A stretch of DNA of 64,000 nt, taken from positions 106,567,904 to 106,631,903 of the forward strand of contig NC_068986.1 of the NCBI RefSeq assembly GCF_001194135.2, given 5' to 3'. The DNA is from Octopus bimaculoides. Taxonomy: Eukaryota. Both the position numbers and the translations under genes were made by a program. Below the pieces are notes generated by a model. That model did no database searches. It had not been told where the DNA came from and worked only from the letters and a program-made list of their open reading frames with translations. Of this stretch, positions 1-9,823 are shown piece by piece; position 1 is the first letter of the stretch, and the number at the start of each line of letters is the position of its first letter.

Positions 1-299
1 TATCCAATTAACTAAAGACTTGTTTTGTTTATGCTTTTCCCTCCGGTTTTTTGTTCTATGTGTGCCATAAATATCGCCATCCGTTTAGAGAAAAATTTGT
101 AGTTTAGAATCAGTAGTTCTTTGACTGCTATTTCTAAATTTTCAGTATGTTGGAGAAGCAACTCAATGCTAATCCCTGTATATTTATGATGATAAATGGT
201 TTTACCGATAAAGGTTTTTTTCATACTGAACTACTTGGCAAAATTGTTAATTATTAATTCTATTATTAATTGACGATTCCCTGCCCTTATTCTTGTATA

Positions 300-338
<39 letters not shown>

Positions 339-352
339 TGTGTGTGTGTGTG
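300..352. repeat. (GATA)n followed by (TG)n microsatellite
   Basis: Direct read of tandem tagata/gata and tg units. Confidence 0.95.
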
Positions 353-1103
353 TACATATATAAGTATGTATGTGCGTTTGCGTATTTGCGTTTGTATATG
401 CTTGTATATGTGTGCCACTGTACATTTTCTACCTTTGCATGAAGTATGTCTTAATATATATACTGATGTCATTGTAAGCGTTATTGTGGCATTCAAGGAA
501 TACCAGCGTGTCTCTATTTGTATTTTAAACAAGGTAAGTATGTTAATTTCGTTTTGTGAATCAAATTACATTTTCCTAGATCTACATCCTCTTGGCGATT
601 GAATCCAGCGCAGATACAACTATCTAGTTTTATGGATGTCAAAATTGTATAGTTTTAAACCCAGCACTGATGAAATCTACAAATTCTTCATAGTTCTGCA
701 TGGTAGCTAATTTTATTTCCTAGAATTTGTTTTTGGTATACGTATGTATATATACGTATCTATGAATATATGTATCTATATGCATACATATATGTAAGTA
801 AATGTATACACGCATACATGCATACATATACACATACATTAGGAGGTTAGCTTTGAAAAGTTGCATTCCCTAGCGTTCGGTAAATATGTGCTTATTTTGG
901 TAGTTTTGACTTATAAAGTCCCTCTAAGCGTGAGGCATTACTGTATAGTAATGCCCTTATATAAATTATATTATATATATTTATGTAAAAAAAATGATGG
1001 GTTTTTTTTCCTTATGAGGTTTTTTCACGCTGACTACTTGATAAATTATTATAAAGATTTTATCCTTATATTATATTATATATATATATACATATATTTA
1101 TAT

Positions 1104-1107
<4 letters not shown>

Positions 1108-1156
<49 letters not shown>
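1108..1156. repeat. (CA)n microsatellite
   Basis: Direct read. Confidence 0.95.
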
Positions 1157-1164
<8 letters not shown>

Positions 1165-1199
1165 CATATATATACCTTGCATATTATTTTCTTTTATAG

Positions 1200-1264
1200 C
1201 AAAGAGCCCAATAATTCGCAAAAATCATAAGAAAATTCAGAGACAGGCACCTCCTTGTCCATAA
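1200..1264 (+). CDS. Candidate short terminal exon, paralogous to the 3' part of the exon at 7947-8253
   Basis: Acceptor ttattttcttttatag ends at 1199. Codons from 1202 read KSPIIRKNHKKIQRQAPPCP*; codons from 1201 read KEPNNSQKS*. Downstream 1272-1460 aligns with 8247-8435. The reading frame is unresolved. Confidence 0.4.
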
Positions 1265-1356
1265 AGCCATAGCGTAAAGAGATAATATGTAGACCGGGTC
1301 AAGATTGAACTATTCTATCATATATTTCTCACTGAAACACATGTAAGAAATAACGT

Positions 1357-1408
1357 AATAAATAATTTCAGCACCAACTCTCCCTTTACTTTTTGTTTTG
1401 TTTCTTCC
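1357..1408 (+). terminator. Putative polyadenylation signal (AATAAA plus T/GT-rich downstream element)
   Basis: aataaa at 1357-1362, then ttttgttttgtttcttcc about 25-45 nt downstream; same architecture at 8318-8380. Confidence 0.45.
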
Positions 1409-1624
1409 TACGTACGCATTGTGATCTGTATAACTTTAGTAACCATTAGAAGGACAGTTTATACTTTTGCTGTGTAATTCTTTTGTACGTTGTACACTTT
1501 AGCTCGGTCGTTACAAATATCAAATAATTTAGTATATACCTTACATACCCATAAATGCGAACGCGAATATTTTGCTTTGCACCAAATATCTTACTGATAT
1601 CAATGTATACAGACTTCTTTAACT

Positions 1625-1960
1625 GCACGACCACTAAGTTAATATATGCTGTCCATTGCTCCCTCTACAATTTATGCAACATTAAGAAACTGGCCGCTGA
1701 CTAGCTATCAGGTACGCAAAAAATTTAGCAGCATGAGACGTGCTACGGGTCTTCTGTATCTCGTTACTTACACTCCGTCGACCATTTACCCGCCCTCTCT
1801 AGGCCTACTACATATTCACCATCAATGGATTCACTACTTCTAACCTACAGAAAAAAAAGAGTTCATTTGCCCTCCAAAACTATAGTCTAGTATCATACAC
1901 ATCTGCTTTGACACAAACACCATCAACCCCACATAATCTCGAATAGCCTCTCACAATATG
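1625..1960 (+). mobile_element. Degenerate Penelope-like element, GIY-YIG endonuclease remnant
   Basis: Frameshifted translation NIYAVHCSLYNL / ETGR*LAIRYAKNLAA / SSVSRYLHSVDHL matches the PLE consensus IYxIxCxxC..YIGETGRxLxxRxxEH..VxxHF. Confidence 0.7.
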
Positions 1961-2779
1961 TATATATAAACAAATAAAAAAAAAAGAAGCACCATTAGCA
2001 TGTACATATCNNNNNNNNNNNNNNNNNNNNNNNNNNNNNNNNNNNNNNNNNNNNNNNNNNNNNNNNNNNNNNNNNNNNNNNNNNNNNNNNNNNNNNNNNN
2101 NNNNNNNNNNNNNNNNNNNNNNNNNNNNNNNNNNNNNNNNNNNNNNNNNNNNNNNNNNNNNNNNNNNNNNNNNNNNNNNNNNNNNNNNNNNNNNNNNNNN
2201 NNNNNNNNNNNNNNNNNNNNNNNNNNNNNNNNNNNNNNNNNNNNNNNNNNNNNNNNNNNNNNNNNNNNNNNNNNNNNNNNNNNNNNNNNNNNNNNNNNNN
2301 NNNNNNNNNNNNNNNNNNNNNNNNNNNNNNNNNNNNNNNNNNNNNNNNNNNNNNNNNNNNNNNNNNNNNNNNNNNNNNNNNNNNNNNNNNNNNNNNNNNN
2401 NNNNNNNNNNNNNNNNNNNNNNNNNNNNNNNNNNNNNNNNNNNNNNNNNNNNNNNNNNNNNNNNNNNNNNNNNNNNNNNNNNNNNNNNNNNNNNNNNNNN
2501 NNNNNNNNNNNNNNNNNNNNNNNNNNNNNNNNNNNNNNNNNNNNNNNNNNNNNNNNNNNNNNNNNNNNNNNNNNNNNNNNNNNNNNNNNNNNNNNNNNNN
2601 NNNNNNNNNNNNNNNNNNNNNNNNNNNNNNNNNNNNNNNNGCGCCCGCTCTCAGACTTTGCATACCCATCTACACACATACATACAAGCGTAAACACTTT
2701 AAATACACAAACGCACAACTGTACGAGAACGTACACTTATTCACAGACATCGCTATACTCACATAGTTCCACTTGACTC

Positions 2780-2850
2780 CATAGCTGTCCTTAAGACCTT
2801 CATGGCTGGTTCGACAATAACACAAAACAAAGTCAATCCTTGTCACTGAC
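2780..2850 (+). repeat. Dispersed repeat homologous to 9262-9330 (probable PLE terminal segment)
   Basis: ccttaagacctcatggctggttcgacaataacacaaaacaaagtcaatccttg aligns with ccttaacgacttcatatttggttcgataattgctgaaaacaattgtcaatccttg. Confidence 0.55.
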
Positions 2851-2864
2851 ACATCTATCTACTT

Positions 2865-2865
<1 letters not shown>

Positions 2866-2932
<67 letters not shown>

Positions 2933-2937
2933 TCTCT
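2866..2937. repeat. (CT)n microsatellite
   Basis: Direct read. Confidence 0.95.
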
Positions 2938-3401
2938 CCTGCACATACACACACACGCACACACAAATATGCAAACGCTCACACTCACACACCACACATG
3001 CATGCGCACTTCAATCAATTGTAACTTCCCACACTAACATATGCAAGCGTGTGAGCACTTTCAAAACTGTACATAGACGCACACACATTTCTATCTTCTC
3101 CTTGTACCGCTCTGTACGTTTCCTTTAGTCTCCATCACTCGTTACTATTCCATAGCAGTTACAACCCACTCCTCCAGTCTCTTTTACCTTTGAAATTTGC
3201 TTTTGGATATTCTCACTTCAGCAACGGAGGTCTCTCTACTGTCATGTAAAAGAAATTTTCTTCCCCAGAACTTTTTTTAAAAGTGACAAATGTATTTCTG
3301 TTTAAACTCTCTACACGCGCTACCACAAAACCGTCAGAGACTTTCTACATGTGTTTCTTTTCTCATATAAATACATACATACATACATACATACACACAT
3401 G

Positions 3402-3433
<32 letters not shown>

Positions 3434-3465
3434 CACACACATATATATATATATATGTATGTATG

Positions 3466-3499
<34 letters not shown>

Positions 3500-3514
3500 T
3501 ATATNNNNNNNNNN

Positions 3515-3564
<50 letters not shown>

Positions 3565-3624
3565 TGTGTGTGTGTGTGAGTTTGTGTGTGTAATAAATAA
3601 TAATAATAATCTTTCAATCCTCGT

Positions 3625-4030
3625 AATATGAAAATCAGCTACTCCTGTCGCATCAAACTTTGAACGATATAATGTACGAAAACACATCCTCCAATCTACC
3701 TGTAGCTATCGAGATTATGCCAACTTCTAACTAGGAGGATGGCATCACAAGACACCATGCAGGTACGAGAGCTAAAAATTTCAAGCTGAGGTATATCCGC
3801 GCATTCAGCTCCAGGGATAGGAAGAACTCCAGCTCTTTGTCCTGCTTTAGGTATAGACTCCACGATAATCGAATTTTATTTCAATATGAAATGGACTTTC
3901 GTTGGCAAGGCTTTCTTCGCCTGGACTTCGCAACTCCTATCTCTGTCTCTGTGTGATACTCCGCATACACCATCAAACCATCGAATCCACCGAGGGGAAA
4001 AATGAACAATATTATTGTTGTCAGCAATTG
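3625..4030 (+). mobile_element. Possible highly decayed Penelope-like RT-to-GIY-YIG linker
   Basis: MKISYSC at 3628 resembles the PLE linker motif xKxSYSC; the downstream match is weak. Confidence 0.3.
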
Positions 4031-4650
4031 TTGACGCCTTGTTAATGAACTTCAAGGGACTAAGAGCAGATAATCGAGATGTAGAGGAATGGTTTTACTC
4101 ATGAGATTACTGTGCAATTACATAAGAGGAAATTTTAGAGATTCTGGTGTCAGAACGTGCGAAAATAATAGGTAACTCGGCAGTTGGCCCCTACTACGTT
4201 TGGGAGCAGGATAGAAAAATATTCTTATCTACTTGAAGTGTTAAAAGTAAAAGGTAGACATGGTTTTACGGGATTTGGTTACAGGGAATGAAATGGATTT
4301 TCATGGTCCAGAAATGAATGCAGCACCCCTCATGGGACATGCATCAGCTAAGAAGGTCATTATGTCTTATTTAGATTTCTAAATAAGAGATATAACGTGA
4401 ACATCGAGTAGAACATTGAGGCATACAAAAAGTTTAGAGAAGCCATTAGGAGGAAAAAGCGAAACTGACCGTGAAATCGTTCCACGTATACCATGACAAT
4501 GTTGTGTACATACATTTTTGGAAGTAAATCAAGAAATCGAAAAATGGGATTGGACATTAGCACTCTACCTTCCCTACATACTACATCTACCGCATTCGGA
4601 ATGCTATTTGTTCGGGAACAACGATTTTATGCGAGAGACTAAATGAAATT
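4030..4650 (+). mobile_element. Degenerate mariner transposase remnant
   Basis: Pieces resembling DLVTGNE (IVTGDEKW), KKFREAIRRKKR (LREAIRRKRP), HDN, and WDWTLALYLPYILHLPHSECYLF (WEVLPHPPYSPDLAPSDYHLF); many stops and frameshifts. Confidence 0.7.
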
Positions 4651-4783
4651 GGATGTGTTCAGTGTCCCTGTGCAGCCCCTTGGGCTTCTACTGCAGCCTT
4701 CAGTCGACGTGCGTGTGTGTGTTTATATGTGGATGGTGTTTGTTCATGCGTGTGCGTAGAAGCATATGCGTGCNNNNNNNNNN

Positions 4784-5020
4784 TTCCACGTATACCATGA
4801 CAATGTTGTGTACATACATTTTTGGAAGTAAATCAAGAAATCGAAAAATGGGATTGGACATTAGCACTCTACCTTCCCTACATACTACATCTACCGCATT
4901 CGGAATGCTATTTGTTCGGGAACAACGATTTTATGCGAGAGACTAAATGAAATTGGATGTGTTCAGTGTCCCTGTGCAGCCCCTTGGGCTTCTACTGCAG
5001 CCTTCAGTCGACGTGCGTGT
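4784..5020 (+). other. Identical copy of 4480-4716 next to a 10-N gap (probable assembly overlap artefact)
   Basis: Sequence is identical to 4480-4716 and bounded by N runs on both sides. Confidence 0.75.
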
Positions 5021-5120
5021 NNNNNNNNNNNNNNNNNNNNNNNNNNNNNNNNNNNNNNNNNNNNNNNNNNNNNNNNNNNNNNNNNNNNNNNNNNNNNNNN
5101 NNNNNNNNNNNNNNNNNNNN

Positions 5121-5157
<37 letters not shown>

Positions 5158-6095
5158 ATGTATGTACACGCACACATACATATATATGCATGTTATCAGG
5201 TTGTATTTTTATACAAGCGCAATTGCGTTTGCACGTGTTTTTGTGTTTGTACACACACATACACGCGCGCACGCATACGCACACATATATATAATCTTTT
5301 GATATAGAAAATATTTATTCTTTCCGTAAACTCAAACCAAATACTGTCGTTGCTACGAATGACAAACAGTGATGAAGTTTGGATACTATTGTTCTTGGGT
5401 TGGTGTGAATGTAGCAGTAAGGAAAAAGTTACCTGCTGCCCGTTGTGTTGCTGTCGCTGATTGTTGTACCACTGGGTTCTATCTTACGTCCACCGATTAT
5501 GATGTCAGTTCGGGTTAGCTGCTGTTCGACGTCTCTGTTGGTTTCTGAAGTCTCCCAATACTCTCTCTGTTTATGTAGCTAAGGAGTACCGAATTTATAC
5601 CGTTGGTTAAGATCAGAAAGTCGCGCACCAAAACGTTAAGTTCTCACTGGAGCCAGTTTCACGCAAAATTTAGATTGTCCGACATTTATTTCGATAACGT
5701 GGGTAGTATCCAAGCGAATCATGATATCGGATTTGGATATCCGAGTGACTAATTATTCCTGCTAGTCACGCACACACACATACACGCACAATCGCACACA
5801 CACATGCACATACATTCACACAGACGTATATTAAGATATACATATATATGGACTTAAAAATCTCTCTGTCTATATATCTGTACAAGCGTTTATATATCTT
5901 AGGAGTTATGCATTTACTTGTAAATGTGATTTAGTCAAAACCTGACTCTAGACAAGTGTTATGGATTTAAATATGCATGTATATTTAACGTAATACAAAC
6001 TACAACTACACTATACGTAAAAATACCCACCTTACACACTGGTTTAGTGGCATATATTCTCATCCGTCTCTATCCATATATATATATATATTGGC

Positions 6096-6148
<53 letters not shown>

Positions 6149-6523
6149 NNNNNNNNNNNNNNNNNNNNNNNNNNNNNNNNNNNNNNNNNNNNNNNNNNNN
6201 NNNNNNNNNNNNNNNNNNNNNNNNNNNNNNNNNNNNNNNNNNNNNNNNNNNNNNNNNNNNNNNNNNNNNNNNNNNNNNNNNNNNNNNNNNNNNNNNNNNN
6301 NNNNNNNNNNNNNNNNNNNNNNNNNNNNNNNNNNNNNNNNNNNNNNNNNNNNNNNNNNNNNNNNNNNNNNNNNNNNNNNNNNNNNNNNNNCACACACACA
6401 CACATATATATATATATACATATATATATATATTTATATGTATATATATATATAAAATGTAACCACATGTGAATCCTAGGTGATTTTCTTCCACCTTCTT
6501 CGTTATCTATTGGACGTTCCTCT

Positions 6524-6558
6524 GTTTCTGAAGAAGAGCACTGCTCGAAATATTAAAC
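6524..6558 (+). ncRNA. Minimal hammerhead ribozyme motif (PLE type)
   Basis: GTTT-CTGAAGA-A-GAGC(ACT)GCTC-GAAA-TAT-T-AAAC: core CUGANGA and GAAA, stem II GAGC/GCTC, stem I GTTT/AAAC, self-complementary ATAT in place of stem III, extra A after A9. Predicted cleavage after 6554. Confidence 0.65.
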
Positions 6559-6653
6559 CATCCTTCTTTCCTTCCCAGGGCGTCTACTAATACTTTACCT
6601 GTACCACGAGTTCGCGTTGTTGCTTTTCGGGTGGGATTTACAATATATATACA

Positions 6654-6849
6654 CAATTGCTGCATGGTGTTTATATGCCATTTAAGAAGCATACAAAATC
6701 CGTTAGATTCACTTCGACATTTAAATTTAATTTGCGACATGTTCACTGACAAAATTCCGTGCACGCAAATTAAATTTAAATGTTGAAGTGATTCTAACGG
6801 GTTTTTGTGTTTCTTAAATGGCTTAGAAACACCTTCCACGCTGCAATTG
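6654..6849. repeat. Long imperfect inverted repeat (fold-back, arms about 85 bp)
   Basis: gccatttaagaagcatacaaaatccgttagattcacttcgacatttaaatttaatttgcg pairs with cgcaaattaaatttaaatgttgaagtgattctaacgggtttttgtgtttcttaaatggc; outer caattg on both sides. Confidence 0.9.
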
Positions 6850-6923
6850 ATTTCATTCCAGCACACGATCTCAGATCAAGTCACTTGCTATGCAAGTACA
6901 TCTCCGTAACAATACATACATAC

Positions 6924-6955
<32 letters not shown>

Positions 6956-7040
6956 TTGTGCATTTATGTATATGCATATATATATACATACATATATATA
7001 TATGGATGTATAGATAGATAGATATATACATACATGTTCG

Positions 7041-7126
<86 letters not shown>

Positions 7127-7283
7127 NNNNNNNNNNNNNNNNNNNNNNNNNNNNNNNNNNNNNNNNNNNNNNNNNNNNNNNNNNNNNNNNNNNNNNNNNN
7201 NNNNNNNNNNNNNNNNNNNNNNNNNNNNNNNNNNNNNNNNNNNNNNNNNNNNNNNNNNNNNNNNNNNNNNNNNNNNNNNNNNN

Positions 7284-7343
<60 letters not shown>

Positions 7344-7432
7344 TTATATGTATATATATATATAAAATGTAACCACATGTGAATCCTAGGTGATTTTCTT
7401 CCTCCTTCTTCGTTATCTATTGGACTTCCTCT

Positions 7433-7463
7433 GTTTCTGAAGAAGAGCACTGCTCGAAATGTT
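7433..7463 (+). ncRNA. Second hammerhead core, ending at the predicted cleavage site
   Basis: GTTT-CTGAAGA-A-GAGCACTGCTC-GAAA-TGT-T, then unrelated sequence; the 3' strand of stem I is missing. Confidence 0.55.
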
Positions 7464-7946
7464 TGTGTTATTTATATAGTATACATATACCGATATGTAC
7501 ATCTGTATGCATAAATAAATATATATATCTGTATGTGTGTGTTTGTATTATGTATGCACATGGCAATATATTTGTTTATGGTGTCCTATAAATCTCTGTA
7601 TAATATCTTTTTTTAAGATACGTATATAATTCTATACGTTATTGATCTTTTTTTGACAGATTGAATACGTGTTTGTATTTGTCTACAAGTTAAACAGCAC
7701 CCTCCAAAAAATAAATATCTTTATTTTTCTTTCTCCTTGCGTTTGCCCTGTCCGATAGCTCTTACCATTTTGCAATCAAATTCATCGCAATTAAAATTAT
7801 ATATTTTAATGATTGTCAATTTGTTTAGATTTGTATAATATTGTTGTAGAATGTAAGAATTTATGATAATTATCAATGCAAATTAACTGTATTTAACAAT
7901 ATTTATTTTCGCTTTACATAAATAAATGTTTTGTATATTTTTATAG

Positions 7947-8253
7947 AAAAGACAAAGACGAGGACAAAGAGGATAAGGACAAGGACAAAGACAAAGAAGG
8001 CAAAAATAAAAAAGACAAGAAAAAAGACAAAAATAAAAAGAAGAAAGACAGAAAGAAAAACGGCAAAAAAGGCAAAAAAGGCAAAAAAGGCAAAAAAGGC
8101 AAAAAAGGCAAACATAAGACAGGCAAAAAAGGTCACCAAAAAAATAAAAAAGGTCACCAAAAAAATAAAAAAGGTAAACATCGAAAGCCAAAGCCCGGAA
8201 ATAACAAAAAAGACAAAGGAGATCAAAAGAAAGATCCAATGAACGAAATGTAA
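7947..8253 (+). CDS. Probable terminal coding exon encoding a low-complexity Asp/Lys/Gly-rich, highly basic C-terminal tail (101 aa)
   Basis: Acceptor tgttttgtatatttttatag ends at 7946. Codons from 7948: KDKDEDKEDKDKDKDKEGKNKKDKKKDKNKKKKDRKKNGKKGKKGKKGKKGKKGKHKTGKKGHQKNKKGHQKNKKGKHRKPKPGNNKKDKGDQKKDPMNEM*. Pyrimidines fall mostly at third positions, repeat variants are synonymous (GAC/GAT, AAA/AAG, GGC/GGT), repeat units are 9 and 21 nt, and AATAAA follows. The +1 frame (ORF track 7931-8242) is also open. Confidence 0.62.
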
Positions 8254-8317
8254 AGAAGATAATACGTATACGAGGACAAGATTTAATCATTCATATAATC
8301 CTCACTGAAACACGTGT

Positions 8318-8380
8318 AATAAACAATGTAATAAACTAATTTGAGAGCCAACTGTGCTGTTTCTTTTTGTTTTGTGTTTC
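8318..8380 (+). terminator. Putative polyadenylation signal(s) plus T/GT-rich downstream element
   Basis: aataaa at 8318-8323 and 8330-8335, then ttctttttgttttgtgtttcc; conserved with 1357-1408. Confidence 0.5.
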
Positions 8381-8449
8381 CTACATATACACTGTGATAT
8401 TTATGACTGTAAGAATCCATTAGAACGAAAGTTTGATCCTTTCCCGTTC

Positions 8450-9330
8450 TACCGTTCATTCATTTAATACCTGTCGGTATTCAGCATGGTTGCCATAACA
8501 GGATTCCCTTTCATTCACCTCCGGAGATAACGGGGACCCACTTTCTCTCCCAGACTGTATAGCTTTGGGTCTCGAATTCCTTCCCAATATGTCTAAACTC
8601 TAAGGCGGCGAGCTGGCAGAATCATTAGCACGCTGGGCAAATGCTTAGCGCTATTTCGTCTGACTTTACGTCCTGAGTTGAAATTCTGCCGAGGTCGACT
8701 TTGCCTTTCATCCTTTCTGGATCGATAAATTAAGTACCAGTTGCTTACTGGGGTCGATCTAATCGACTGATCCCCCTCCCCAAAATTTCGGGCCTTGTGC
8801 CTAGAGTAGAAAATAATATTTCTAAACTCATTTTTTTCTTCTCAAACACCCCCTTTCTTACCTACACATTTCTACTTAGCCAACTCACACCAATATCTCT
8901 CTGACCACCCCAACTCATCACTACACTACCATTTGCATTCTGTACACAAACACACAAACCCCGCTGCCCAACACATTTTCACAGCTATCTCTTACACACA
9001 TCCATACGCTCGTATCCACCTTATTACCACTGAATGCTTCTACATACACCAACACGTCCACATACAGATAATGTGTTACGCTCTCACGCTAAGATGTATT
9101 TACCTAGACATACTTGTTCTCTGTCCACGTACACCCATCTGCACAAAACACTCATGTAAAAGCTTGCACTTAACCTTCACTTGAAATGTACATATAAACG
9201 CATACCTGGGCTACAATGCACACCCGCTGATATACCTGTTATTTCTACTTTGTGTCACTGCTCGCCTTAACGACTTCATATTTGGTTCGATAATTGCTGA
9301 AAACAATTGTCAATCCTTGCGATAGACAAG
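8450..9330 (+). mobile_element. Penelope-like 3' remnant (endonuclease end plus C/A-rich tail), interrupted by a SINE
   Basis: 8540-8590 resembles 14975-15030; C/A-rich tail as at 15030-15440; end resembles 2780-2850. Confidence 0.4.
8604..8817 (+). mobile_element. tRNA-derived SINE, family A (GGCGGCGAGCTGGCAG... head), full length
   Basis: A-box TGGCAGAATCA, B-box-like GAGTTGAAATTC, central ggtcgactttgcctttcatcctt motif; TSD tctaaactc at 8592-8600 and 8821-8829; many homologues in the window. Confidence 0.9.
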
Positions 9331-9410
9331 TCAAGCCATTGTCAAGCCATGTCAAGCGATGTCAAGCCATTGACATTGTGAAGCCATTGACATGTCAAGC
9401 CATTGTCAAG
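9328..9410. repeat. Minisatellite of 10-11 bp units (gtcaagccat[t])
   Basis: At least six degenerate copies read directly. Confidence 0.85.
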
Positions 9411-9749
9411 ATATGTTAAGTATATGTATATCAAGCCATAGAAAAAGGTACGAAGCGCTTGCAAAAATGTATATAAAGGCACAGTTTTCTGTTCCCTTCT
9501 TAACATCACCCCTTGTTTCTCTCTCTACGTTTCCTCCGGTCTTCATCACATCTTGCTATACCGTACCAGTTAGGCTCCAAGTCCCTGATTCGTGTTCCTT
9601 TGCTTATTCAAGCATTTTATACATATACGCGTGTATATAAGATGATTGAATTTCACGGCACATCACATAAATATATAAATAACAGCATGTGGTAGGATAA
9701 CGAATACAGTTTCTAAAATGAATAGAAAAATTCGAAGAATTACTTTCCT

Positions 9750-9823
9750 CCACCGATAGAACGCCTGTCATATCTAAAGGAAATGTAGGTTCGAATCCCA
9801 CGGGTGGCCTTTGACATTTTTTT
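9750..9823 (+). pseudogene. tRNA-like pseudogene or SINE head with a deleted D-arm segment
   Basis: ccacc...ggtgg acceptor-like pairing, T-arm gtagg-TTCGAAT-cccac with a canonical B box GGTTCGAATCCC, T7 run at 9817-9823; too short for a cloverleaf. Confidence 0.55.

Larger units (their letters stand above)
6391..7463 (+). mobile_element. Non-autonomous Penelope/retrozyme-like element: partial unit plus one full unit bounded by hammerhead motifs
   Basis: 6391-6554 is repeated at 7284-7463 with a few differences; both copies end in the hammerhead core; no coding capacity; contains microsatellites, an N gap and a long fold-back. Confidence 0.55.

Noticed and set aside
12-224. 70-aa minus-strand ORF with protein-like composition
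   Set aside because: No recognisable motif or splice context, and it lies at the window edge.
445-879. Candidate upstream exons ending at 533 (AAG|GTAAGT) and at 843-879 that could join the 1200 exon
   Set aside because: Several incompatible splice models fit equally well, acceptors are weak and no homologue was recognised; kept only as a hypothesis.
4480-5020. 237-bp direct duplication as a biological tandem repeat
   Set aside because: Copies are identical and separated by a 10-N spacer, typical of an unmerged contig overlap.
7829-7852. 24-nt candidate exon just upstream of the Lys-rich exon (ttgtttag ... gtaaga)
   Set aside because: Splicing it to 7947 gives a stop in both usable frames (T+AA junction, or internal TAA).
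7883-8290. Minus-strand ORFs with FCL/FFA/LPF repeats
   Set aside because: Antisense shadows of the purine-rich plus-strand exon; no splice or poly(A) support on that strand.
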